Shown: one piece after another, positions 17,778 to 29,173 of the stretch | Position numbering within the stretch: the stretch's first letter is position 1 | Layout: every line of letters begins with the position of its first letter | From: Strigamia acuminata | Taxonomy: Eukaryota | Length of the DNA stretch: 64,000 nt | Reading direction: 5' to 3' | NCBI GenBank assembly: GCA_949358305.1 | Contig: OX442314.1 | Location: 22,444,001-22,508,000 of the forward strand | Position numbers and translations under genes: made by a program | The notes under the pieces: generated by a model | Told to the model about the DNA's origin: nothing | Databases searched by the model: none | What the model saw: the letters and a program-made list of their open reading frames with translations, nothing else

Positions 17778-20700
17778 ATGGCCCTCACACAAGCCGCTTC
17801 ATTGTGTCTTTTTGCAGTCATCATTGCCCATTTTATTGTTTCTAGTCAACACCATCAAAATCTTGTAAGTTATTTATGATAGTAACGCTTCTTTACCATA
17901 AATTTCACCAATATTTATTTATTTATTTACTGATATCATAGGAATTTCAAAGTCTGACAGTACGACAAGCAGAAACAATCACTAGAAAACCTTTATCAAG
18001 CTCTTGCACTTTTGATTCTTTTGATCCACCAGTAATTTCTGAACCAACAAACCCCCAGCAAGCGAGTCAAACATCTGCTGCACCCACTGCCGCGACTACC
18101 GTTGTAAGTCGATTAAAGCCAAATAAATTCAAAGACCGTACAAAGCGTGCTTTAGCCAACACGATTTGCAACATTTGGGACTTAACTGACTCTTCTTGGA
18201 CACTCAGTTCTGCGAGCAATGCATTTTTTAATGGGGGACCCCTAGAAGATGCTAGCAAGAATGCACGTAAGTAATTTTGATCTCAAGATGGCGTCAAACC
18301 GTTTTCTGATGTTCCAAAATAATCAATCTAGCTTCTCATGGTTATCTGGTATTGGATTTATATTCTAAAAAAACATTATCGACAACATCTAGAAGAGTAA
18401 CGAGTTTAACTCGACCCCCCACAGGACCAAAGGGAGTTTGTTTTACATTTGCTTTTGCTATAACTGGACTAGGAGCTGGTGGACTTGAAGTTGTGTTGAG
18501 TACGAATGATTCTGATAGTGGCAATAACACAAGTGAAAGAATCCTATGGAAAGATTTTGATGTTTCGGGAGGAAAATGGAAAAATGGATCCGTTTCCTTC
18601 ACATCCTCTAAACCCTACAAAGTAAATAGACTCCCAAATGACGATCTTTTTATGTTTTAAATGTGTACCATTTATATTTAGATTGCATTTCAAGGGGTTG
18701 GAGCAGATTTTAACATAAACATAGCTGATTTCCGTGGTTATGTCGCTATTGATGAAACTCAATTATTTGAAGGGTTTTGCAGAGGCGATTGCAATTTCGA
18801 TTTAGACACATGTCAATGGGAAAACGACAAGTTGGACGACTTTGATTGGAAGTTAGGATGGGGCACGTACTTCAGCAATACTGGCCCTTTAAAAGATCAT
18901 TCAGACTACGGCGGTTACCTTTACGTAGACTCTAATTATCCCCGACGAAATGGCGATATTGCCCGCATATTAAGTCCGAACATTACGGCCACTGATCCGT
19001 TATGCTTGCGTTTTTGGGTATCCGAGTTTGGTACTGGACTTGGGCCTTTGTCGGTTTTCATTGCACCATCTTCTGGTAACTCTACGCTCATTTGGTCAAT
19101 CAAAGAACCAATTGGGGCAGGATTGACAAGAGATACTTGGTATCCAGCACAAGTGACGGTGTCGTGGCCGTCTACATTTCGTGTAATAATTCAAGCAGCT
19201 GTGGGATTATCATCGAGAGGAAATATAGCAATTGATGATATAAGTTTTCAAGTTGGATCCTGTGCACGTACGTGAATTTCGAGTATATTTTGATAACTTT
19301 GCTTTGATTATGTACATTGTACAGCATTGCCTACAACAGCGAATGGAAGACCAGGAGAATGCGCTTTTGTGGACGACCGTTGCAAATGGACTGTGCAGAG
19401 AGTTCATCAAGCATTGAACAGTCCAGATTTGTGGAAATTGGTCAATAGTGGCACCCAGGTAGCTCAACCTACAGGACACACTGTATTGCCAGACACCCTA
19501 ACAGGTAAGAATTAGTCATTTCCAAAATAAAACTAAAAGTAAACGACATTTTGATTGTAAGATGGTTACATGAAATTCGAAACTAATTCTTACACGCATC
19601 AACCGCTTGACCGGTCACGGATTCTTAGTCCCATCTTACCACCAACTGATGGAAAGATTTGCATGAATTTCTGGGTTTATATGTCATCTCCAATAACTTC
19701 TAAAAAAGGATTGGGAGCATTACAAGTACTTTTTTTAAAAATATAATCAAATAGAATCTGTATTACTTGCCTTTAATGTAACAACAGGTTTTATTTCTTA
19801 ATTCCACTGATGATTCAACACCTCCAACTGTCATTTGGAGATTAGAAAACCATCAGTATCCTCACTGGATTCAGTCTCAAGTGTCCATTTCCTCAGAAAT
19901 ACCTTTCCAAGTAGCATTTGAAGGAATAAGAGGTGCCCAAGTGTTGGGATTGGTGGCTGTTGACGACATAGCCTTTGTGCATCCTTCAAAAGCTTTGAAA
20001 ACGAAGAAACGAAGGTTTAGGAGACAAGATGCACCCGCTACTCCACAAGTGACATCAGTAGCACCAGCAGGAGAAAATCCAACGCTTAGCACTCCAGTGA
20101 CAGGAGGTGTCACTACTGTGGTTAATCAAGTGATTTCCACAAATTTAAAGGATTCTTGTATAGGTAAATTGAAACTGTTATTGTCCAACTTGAAAATGCA
20201 TTGTTTTATGTGTTTATTTTATTTTAGTTCTTCCTGTTAAAGCAAAAGTGTTTCCTGCTGATTGTTCTTTTGATGTTGATTTTTGTGGGTGGACCACTTC
20301 AGGCATAAGTTCAGACGTCAAATGGCAAATGGCAAAACCAAATAAATCGCCTACTAATGTTCGTGATCGAACTTACAATATTCCTCAAGGTGAATTATAA
20401 GCATTAGTAATTTTTTTTTTTTTAAATGATTTTTTTCGGGGTATTTTCAGCTGGTTTTATTTATTTTGACCCATTTACACCAGCTGGTAACCCAACAACG
20501 GCGCATATAGAAAGCACCACTTTAACGCCCGCTCCGTCAGTCATGTGTATGACGTTTTGGTTCATGATTTACGGAAATGACATAAGTGAAGCATTTATTA
20601 GAAAAAATATTACGTAAAAATTAAATAAAAACAATTATAATTCTGTTGACATCATTCTAGCTGCTTCGTTGAGTGTGTCTGAACGGAAATTTAAAAATGA

Positions 20701-21018
20701 ACCGTGGCGGGAAGTTTGGAAGGAAAATATGGTTACCAGGGCTCCCAAGTGGCGTTTTGCAGAATTATTAGTTGGTTTAAATCAGATCGAGCCATTTAAA
20801 GTATAAAAAAATATATAATAATTATAAAAAGTAAAATAACAAATTTTTTTGCTGTAATTTTCAAGGTAATTTTATCTTCTACATCCAGAGCAGCAACAGT
20901 CGTTATAGACGATGTTAAATTTTATGATGATCGTTGTCGTAGTAAGGATGAAACCTGATGAGCACGAATATTTAAAAGTTTTAAATTAACGTAATTTTAT
21001 TTTTCAGAAAAGCCTTAA
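17778..21018 (+). CDS. Secreted protein with four MAM domains
   Basis: Signal-peptide-like exon 1 (MALTQAASLCLFAVIIAHF) and four C-x-F-D...W...GY...C(L/M)xFW...IAIDD repeats. No C-terminal TM seen; stop at 21016-21018. Confidence 0.85.
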
Positions 21019-21434
21019 TGAATAATTGAACAAGAATTACATAAAGTCATCAACAGAAGATGACTTAAAGATATTTTAGAGGAAACTATTTGAGTTCTTG
21101 TATATTTTTACGAGTTATATTAAAATTTATTGCTTGAAATAAAAATTTGTTTCAACCTTGGAATGAGTACAGAGTATTCTCGTGAATTTTCACACGAGAC
21201 ACAAATTGTTATTGTCGAATTGTGAGCGATAAAAATCTGTTGGTTGCGTATAAAGAATGACCCAGGATGCAGATATTGCTGACATGATTTCCTGAGAAGA
21301 ATGCATACCAACGGAAAACAAAGTTGAATGGACATTGTCAACAACTAGATTTCAATAAAAATACAATCATATAACTTCCAGTAGCATTTTGACTCGACGT
21401 TCACTTTGCGTTTTATTGTAGACTTAGCAGCAAC

Positions 21435-22460
21435 ATGTTCGTTCTACGTGTATTAGCTCTTGCTTGTACCGCTCTTGCTACCACTCAGGTATGCATGAAA
21501 AATATTTATATAAGCTTACATGTTGGGACTAATTACTTAATTAATTACCGAAGAGATAATTGTATTTGTTTTTCAGGCTTGTGAACTGCACGAAGAAATA
21601 TATAAATCTGGCGAGCAGTTTATTGTAAAGTTTATTGTGAAGCACGATAAGGTAATAAGAACTGTAGACAATTTAGTTTGTAATGTTTTAAATTCTTTAA
21701 TTAATGTAGAACATTGACGTTCAAGAAGTACTGGGATGTTGGAAAGCTCTGATGACCGGAGTGAGTAAAATTTTAAAAACTTTTCTTAAACGAATAATTT
21801 TAAATTAATTTTTTTTAAAATTAGGATGCGAGTAAATGCAATGCTAAAAAATTTAAACTTCCACAAGTAAGTATATTTAATTTTAATGTTTTGTTAAACA
21901 AATATTCAAATGCTTGTTTATTTAGTATCCAAGTTGCGAAAAATGTGTCCAACACGTAAGTTACTGTTTATCTACTTGGTGTTGACAAATTTCTGTTAAA
22001 TTCTCATTTTTAGCCTAACGTGAAAGAAAAATTTACTCAATACAATGTTAAATCGTTTACACCTATGCTGGAAAATGTATTGTTTTCTGTGGGCGAAGAT
22101 GCGGATGAAATTTGTGAGAAATTGCCTGCGCTTACTAGCCAGGGAATGGTTGTGCTGGAAAGTTACATGGAGGGTGGCGAATCAGCGGCTAAAGGAGCTG
22201 CGGATAAATTTTGCGAGAAAGATAAAGAAACATGCGAGCAAATGAAAGGTTTACCCGAAAAGATTGCCGCCAAATTTAAATTCAATTTTAAAGATTTTCT
22301 TAAGCAGCTTAAAAACACTGGTAAAAGCAAGGGTGTCGCAATGGGTTCGTCTTTAGCTAATGGGATTAAAATGGCATTTGGAGGCGATGAGTTTGGTGAA
22401 TCCGTTTCCAAATGTACTTTGGAAGTTGGAACTCATATTGGCAAAAAAATTGCTTTATAA
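21435..22460 (+). CDS. Orphan secreted Cys-rich helical protein, family A member 1 (6 exons)
   Basis: Signal peptide MFVLRVLALACTALATTQ; canonical GT-AG introns splice in frame. Shares C...KFKLPQ...C and FGGxxFG...KC motifs with the paralogues. Confidence 0.85.
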
Positions 22461-22662
22461 GGGCATTTTTATTTGAATATGTAAGTTACGCACTGCATAA
22501 TAAAAACGAATAAAATGTGAATCATTTAACCGTAATTAGTTATTATCATTACTGAATGGTAAAAATAAATAAAATTCTCTTTTTAGAATGTTATAATATT
22601 GGATTTTAACAAGCGATGTAAATATCTCAAACACACGTTACAAATAAATAAAGATATCCTCA

Positions 22663-23016
22663 GACCGCGTGTCACGGCAGCCATTGGGCCTCATGACACA
22701 CGCGGTCAAGATTACGTTTCCGCCACGCCGCCATAACGTTCACGGAGAACGTACGACGGACGCGGCCACCATGGACGCTCAGGCCCCCGCTGGCGACAGA
22801 GTCGTTTGGGTCGCCACAGCAGCCAGTTTGGAGAGACGGTCGGAATGCGACCGTTCGCCTTGCTGGTTGAGGAACAACTCTTCTGACTTGTGAGCACAAC
22901 TTCCGGAAAATCACTTCCGGGGCCCACAGTCCCACCTGGTTGCGGGGGACCGCAACAGGCACACGAGAGGTGCGAGAACTGCACCAAGTGCATTGCGATG
23001 CAGGTATGTGATCAGC
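22663..23016 (-). mobile_element. Truncated, diverged inverted copy of the LTR-like element at 24197-24868
   Basis: GC-rich island in AT-rich DNA. Its reverse complement aligns co-linearly with ~24217-24670 (GCTGATCAC, GCAACCAGGTGG, TTCCGGAAGT, GGCGAACGGTCGC, CCGTGAACGTTA, CGCGTGTCATG-like). Confidence 0.75.
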
Positions 23017-23601
23017 GCGCAGGGTCACATATAATATACAAGTATAATATATATTTTTATAATATAAAATTTTCATTATAATTTTAATTTTAAATTATAA
23101 AATTATAAAATGTAACTTTAATGATCAAAGAATCAATAAATTGAGACTATTAAAGCCAGATTGTAATTAGCGTTATTTGTGCCACGAAAATGATTCATTT
23201 ACGTTAGAATTAAGTACAGTAATTAAAATATTCAGTTATAATTATCAGCAGTCAAAAGTCGCGTGTCATACAGTTCCATTTTGACGATTCGTCATCAGTG
23301 CTTCTGAATAACTTTGGTAAGCATAAATAGTCCTGTTTAGTACTCCATATTATTTTATTTTAGGCCTACTCTGTTTTCTTTTAAATTCTATTACTGCGTT
23401 AACTTTTTAGTGTAAAAAGAACAAACCTTGGATACACGTTTTCAAACGAGTGTACTTACACCAGGTAATAAGTTTGAGTTTACGTAAAGTAAAGTAAACA
23501 TACACTGGAAAAAAATGTAAATTTCCAAACATTTCCAAGTTGGAAATTTATATGAGGTCCTTGGTTGGTCGGCGGAATCGACCTATCGATCGTCCGGCTG
23601 C

Positions 23602-23670
23602 ATATGGGAAATGTAACATTTAAATATGGGAAATGTAATATTTAAATATGGGAAATGTAATATTTAAATA
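23602..23670. repeat. 22-bp minisatellite, ~3 copies
   Basis: ATATGGGAAATGTAA(C/T)ATTTAA repeated in tandem. Confidence 0.85.
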
Positions 23671-24022
23671 CGGAAAACGTAACAAGAACAAGGTAAAATA
23701 CGGTCAGGAACAAGAAAATTGTATCAAATTTGAACTCACAAGTCAGAAGAGAAAATAATGTATAAAATGATCCAATTTCGAAACGATGGGGACAAAATAT
23801 GAAATCGGGCCAAACAGCAGAGGAACGGAAAAATATGTGTGGATGAAACATAATGTCAATAAAATAAACCCACTCCTTCACAAAAAAAACGCTTTATGTT
23901 AATTCCACTAACCAAGATGGCTGCTTTTCTCATGACTCCGTAATATACAAACTTTACAATCCAACAATATCAACCAAGGAACACGTTATCATATGCTTTT
24001 TCAATGTTTAATATTTAAATAA

Positions 24023-24129
24023 TGTTACGTAACATTATTGAGAACCCCCCCTCCCCTGTCGTAACATCCCGTAACAAAATTTGAAACTCCACCCTCCTTA
24101 AGGCGTTACTTAATTTTTGGACGGCCCCC
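24023..24129. mobile_element. Probable end fragment of a non-autonomous DNA transposon (MITE)
   Basis: Repeated CGTAAC/CGTTAC words, a C-rich tract and an end GCGTTACTTAATTTTTGGACGGCCCC. This resembles common arthropod MITE termini as recalled; the other end was not found. Confidence 0.4.
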
Positions 24130-24196
24130 TAGTGGATAGAGCAGTGGTCTTTAGAACAAAGGGTCCCAGGTCACAAGGTCAGGCCTAGGAATGTAG

Positions 24197-24868
24197 TGTA
24201 AGTGCTGTTTCCGCAGGCTGATCACTCACCTGCAATGCAAGGCACCTAGTGCAGCTCTCGCACATGTGCAAGAGCTGCAGCTGCACTAAGTTCACGAGGT
24301 GCACCTCGTGTTTCTCGTGCGCAGCCAGTTGTGGTCCTCGGCAACCAGGTGGAGCTGCGGGCCATTGGTTCCACTAATCGGGACCCGAAAGTGCTCTTCC
24401 GGAAGTGGGTGGGCCCCGCAGAGGCCCAAGAGAGTTCTACTAGCCAGCGAGGCGAACGGTCGCTTCCACGACCGCTCTTCCAAACTGACTATCGTAGCAA
24501 CCCGAATGATCGGCGTAGCGACCCGAATGATCAGCGTGGCGACTCTGTCTGAGCGTTCGAGTATGCCGTGTTCGCCGTACATTCCCCGTGAACGTTACGC
24601 CGACGCGGCCGAACATGCTATTCCGATCACGCGTGTCATGCGGCCAGTGGCCGCCGTGCCACGCTGTCTTGTTAGAGATGGCTGCGTTGCAGCCATCGCA
24701 TTGGGAAATGCACCTGAGACACCAATCATACCCCTAGACAACAATAAAGCTATTCAATAACTAAACCTGTGTCTCTGGCTGTATTTCGGTGATAATCTTA
24801 TCGTGTGTGTTGCGTCCAGCATCCCGTGGCCCTCCCCTGATCAAGTGGCGTCCGTCCGAACACTCACA
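24197..24868 (+). mobile_element. Solo LTR-like element (672 bp), hairpin-rich
   Basis: TGTAAGTG...CACTCACA inverted termini (TG..CA), GC-rich, AATAAA at ~24743 followed by GT-rich sequence. No clean TSD. Confidence 0.65.
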
Positions 24869-25316
24869 GTGCAAAGAAAACTAAAAGGTTAAGTTATTGT
24901 AACTAATTGCAAAATGGTGTAAGTAAAAAAAATCAAACAGTTTAAATAATAAAAAAAAAATATTTGAGCTAGTGTATTTAAAATTTTAAAAATGAAAGGT
25001 AGTAGATTTTTTTATATTGGTAGAAAACTTGGGAACATATTGGAAATATATAGGAAATGTATTGTGAAATTTCAAATTTTCAAAATTTTCAAAATTTTCA
25101 AAATGTTTATAAAGTTATTGTAAAAAAAATCATGTAAATGGTCTCTTTCCTAGATTGTAAAAATTTTCAGAAAAAACTTATTTTCAATTGATTGTAAATC
25201 TAATTTCCAAAGTTGTAAAATCCATCTGCTTTTATATTTACAATGCTCCACAAGTGAGTAAATCTGCTTTTTTCCGGTGCAGTCTCAGACAGATTAGTGT
25301 TCAAACAACCCGAATA

Positions 25317-26376
25317 ATGAAGATCACTTTACTCTTGGCAGTCGTCGCTGTTGTAGTTGTTGATGATGCGCAATCACAAGTAAAATTCAAGGATTCATGA
25401 TTAAGGAAAAAATTCTTATTTAAGATTAATTTGTTCAATATACTGTATTAGGAATGCGACCTAATAGACCAGTTTAACAATGGGTTTGCAAAATTGATCA
25501 GAACACTGGTTTCAGACACAGACGTAATGATTTTATTTACTCGACTGACTTACTTGTTAGTTATTAACATGAAATTTACCTTTTTTTTACAGCTCCAAGA
25601 CGCCTATGTTGGATGTGTAAAACCCTTCGTTTTGGGTGTACGTATTTTTTATTTAATATACAATTTATTACAATGTCGCAAGTACTATTTATTTTCTCGT
25701 AGGATTCCTCAGAATGCGACCCCAAAAAATTTAAACTTCCACAAGCCAAAATCTGTGAAAAAGTCATACAGCACGTGTGTTTTTATTTTATTTTATTTTA
25801 TTTGATTCCTCTTTTATTTATTGAAACATTCTAACAAAAATTTATAGGCGGAGTTTAAGAAACAAGTCAAAAATCACAATATTTTGGGCTTCAGAAATAT
25901 AATCGAAAATATAATTTACGCCGACGGTGGGGAGGTAGATGAATTCTGCAAAAACATGCCGACAGAAGTCGATAAACTGCTGCCGAAACTCACGAAAGAG
26001 GCGGAATTGGAGAAAACAGGTCTTGGCGAAACTACATTGATTTATACCTTTCGACACAATACAGTATAATAATTTCATTTAAAAGTAATAATTTTTTATC
26101 TTTGTATTTTTAGAGGAATTGCTCGATAAAGTGTGTAAAAAGAATCCCAATCGTTGTATAGATAAAGTATTAGCTTCCCAAGAAGCTCAAGACTTCTTTT
26201 TTGAAGATGTGTCACCAAGCTTTAAAGATTTCATCAAAAATATTATCGCGCAATTCAAAGAAAATGGAAATCTCAACGTTACCGGAAAATTGGAGTTGAT
26301 GTTCGGAGGTGGTGATTTTGGTATCAAAGTGACCAAATGTCTTAATAAAATTCTTACTATCTCTACTAGTAGCTAG
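25317..26376 (+). CDS. Orphan secreted protein, family A member 2 (last donor site altered, C-terminus shortened)
   Basis: MKITLLLAVVAVVVV signal; exons homologous to 40886-41967. The GTCAGT donor used by paralogues is absent; a nearby GT at ~26020 could restore the frame. Confidence 0.75.
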
Positions 26377-26809
26377 TTAAAGAGATGAAACACTTACAAA
26401 CTTTCCAACATTCTATTAATTTAGGTTGGTAATTCAATGTATTCGGACGTAATAAATTTTTGTTTTATTACCAATAACAAAAATTGCTTCCATTTAGCCA
26501 ATAAACTTAGTCAGAAATTTATTTCTATTGTGATAATGGAGTTAAAGGTCACATGGGTAAAAAATGAATGAAAGGGGCACAGAAGCAACTGTGCCGCAAC
26601 ATTAAACTACGTCAGGAATCTTTTCGAATCCATCTGGTTCTACGGATTCACGACGCTAGATGTCAGCGTTAATCAAACTGTAACGTATTTCCTTTGGATT
26701 TACGCTTCCTTTTCCTCCAAAAGCCGAAAGGCCGTGCGGACGGGTAAGACGAAAACTCGGTATCACTGGAAATAAAAGAAATAAAAGTACAAAATTGCGG
26801 AAGCAAATA

Positions 26810-27740
26810 ACTTATCAGCAAATGATCTTTTTCACTATAAATCCACTATTGACCATGAAATTTCTTTCAATGGTTGGGGTCTGCAAGTACATAGAAGTAG
26901 AAGGAGACAAATTATTAACAAAGTTGAAGAGATGCGGATTCTGTAAAACTGACTTGTCAGCGTTTTAAGTCAGTTGATTTTTTTTATGAATAATTATTTA
27001 CTGAGTAATTTTTTTTACGATGGTTCCAAACAATAAACTTTTTATCAAAAATACTATTTTAACGGTTGGCTATAGCAACCTGGCTGAAATACAGCTGACA
27101 TGTTGCGAACTCAAGAGAGTAGGCCTACTCTGTGATTCAGACATTCGTTTTGTGAGTGGCGGACGACGCTAAACGCACCTCACAAGGTAAATGACAAAAA
27201 GAGCACACTGGTTTTGGTGTCTAGGGATCAGTGTCCCTAACATGCATTACCTTGACCAACATCTGGCCACATAGTCGGACACCACATGGACAGCCTGGTC
27301 GGATCACTTTAAACCGTGCCGTTCTTTTCAGTACGGTTGCTGAACGATCGTTCACGTTGCTGGGCCAGTGGAAACCTGGCCGCTGAGCGCTGACCATACT
27401 GATCCTTTGTTTTGCAACTCCTCTTTCCCCAATGGTTCTCTCACCACTTTCTGGGATTGCTTTCGTCATATTGATGAGTCTAGTGACCTCTGGTGCCAGG
27501 TGGCCAAAGTTTTAGTGAAGAAGGGGTCAAATTTACAAAAGTTTTTGTAATGATTATCCAATGGAATATGAAAAAAAAAATAGAAGCTCAATAAAAACAA
27601 TTCAAAAATTACATTTCTTATGTCGTAATTCTGAGCTTTAAAGGTTACCTCATACACCTCATACCTCATATCTCAAACATAGGAATGTTTTTAAGTCTTA
27701 AGTGGGTGCCATTACATGGTGCTTTTGTTCAAAGTGTTCG
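26810..27740 (+). pseudogene. Degenerate family A fragments (exons 5 and 6)
   Basis: 26810-27020 matches exon 5 and the following intron of 43049-44095 (LSANDLFHYKSTIDHEISFNGW, GTCAGTTGATTTT) with deletions. 27683-27740 matches the KWVP exon with a frameshift. Confidence 0.75.
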
Positions 27741-28162
27741 ATCGTCGACAAAGTGATCGAGCCCCGATTAAGAGTCAGGAGATATTTCTAGATTTAATGG
27801 AAAAACATTTGGCCACATTGCAATAAGTTAAATGGAATTATAAAGTAGACAGGATTGGGGATAAATTCAGAAGATCAGTGTAACAAGTGAAAGAGAAAAC
27901 TGAAGGAATAAAAGTAGAAAATCCCTTAAACCTCTGTGGGATCGGTAGATCATTCCTTGGGCTTCCCATTTATTTGAAGCAAATCTTGTCTTCATTAGAG
28001 GAAATTGTCTCTTGTTATTTGAATCTTGAAAAATTAGGTGTGCATTAGAGAGAGGCAAATAAAGATGGCAGTTTCCAAGTTCCAAACCAGATTAAGAAAA
28101 TAATTTTCGGTTTGTCTTTTTCAGCCGCAAATTTGATATTTGTGATAATTATTTATTAGGCA

Positions 28163-29121
28163 TGCTGCGATCCGGGTTTTTATCCACTTAATTTCTAATA
28201 AATTAAGCAGAAACCGCAGGTGAATGCTTTACAAGACTTATATCGCGGCCGAAACTTGTCTAGGGTTAAGTTTACGGAAATAGGAATAAAAAGACAGTTT
28301 ATTATGGTAATAAAAATCACACAAATGTTTTATTCGATAAATTACAATATATACTAATTATGATTATGAATATCACAGAATAAAATGAGCGGGAAACAAT
28401 GAAACAAAGGAAGGGCTTGCAACGACTGTTGCAAGCTACAAAGCGTCAGAAATGGCGCTTAAACAACTTGAAGTTGTTAGGCGAAGGCAAATTGTCTTCG
28501 TTCTACGAACTCACGAACGATGGTCGAAGACGATGGTTCTCGTGGGCTCCTTCTACGGCTCGTGCGACGGCTCGGCGGCGGTGGTTGACGGCTGTAGGCG
28601 TCCGGCTTTCGTACGATGGCGGTGGCTGTCGTTCGCGCAACAGCGACGGCGATGGTTCACGATCGTCGGGAATCTTCTCTTCTCGATTGCTGGAATTAGC
28701 GACGGCTAATTCAAGCAGGATTGCTGGCTTTGTGCGTTTGATACACAAAGATAGCAGGTGAAACTGAGTTACAACGGTCCTCTATCAATACTTTTCTTTC
28801 AGGAGCAAAAGCAGTGATGTTGAGGTTGTTGTTGTATTTTTCAGAGTCCCGATTTGAGCCAAGACGCGAGCCCAGCACGCTTCAATATTGCGCAGAAAAC
28901 CTGCGCACTTAGCTCAAATGGGTGCAACTAGTGGTTATTACACCATATTGCACCATAACGGCTAATAACCGTTTTCACCCCGGACAACCTGGGGTGATAT
29001 GTGCCTAGAGAGGATTTCTCCCCTCGGTCACATGATCTGACTTGGCGTGTGCCACAGTCAAATTAATTAGAAGATAATTAATTTAATCTTCTAAGTTGGT
29101 GAATATTTTGAGATCACCACA
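28163..29121 (-). repeat. 3' LTR of element 1
   Basis: Direct repeat of 39544-40502 (offset 11381). PPT AAATGGGGGGATG (29122-29134, minus) abuts it. Confidence 0.95.
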
Positions 29122-29173
29122 CATCCCCCCATTTAAGACGAATCTTACATGGAGAGAAAATGAACGAACCAAT

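Noticed and set aside
24130..24190. tRNA gene or tRNA-derived SINE head
   Set aside because: A-box-like TAGTGGATAGAGC is present, but the B-box is degenerate and no cloverleaf could be drawn.
22663..24868. Hammerhead ribozyme / retrozyme, and 90-150 aa ORFs in the GC-rich islands
   Set aside because: No CUGANGA core with a properly placed GAAA found on either strand; ORFs are not conserved in frame between the two copies.
27740..28162. Decayed LINE fragment as target of element 1
   Set aside because: Only a vague resemblance in a broken minus-strand frame; no diagnostic motif.
28399..28761. Short overlapping ORFs in the element-1 LTR (also 39780-40142) and element-2 LTRs
   Set aside because: GC-rich LTR sequence, duplicated only because the LTRs are; no protein motifs.
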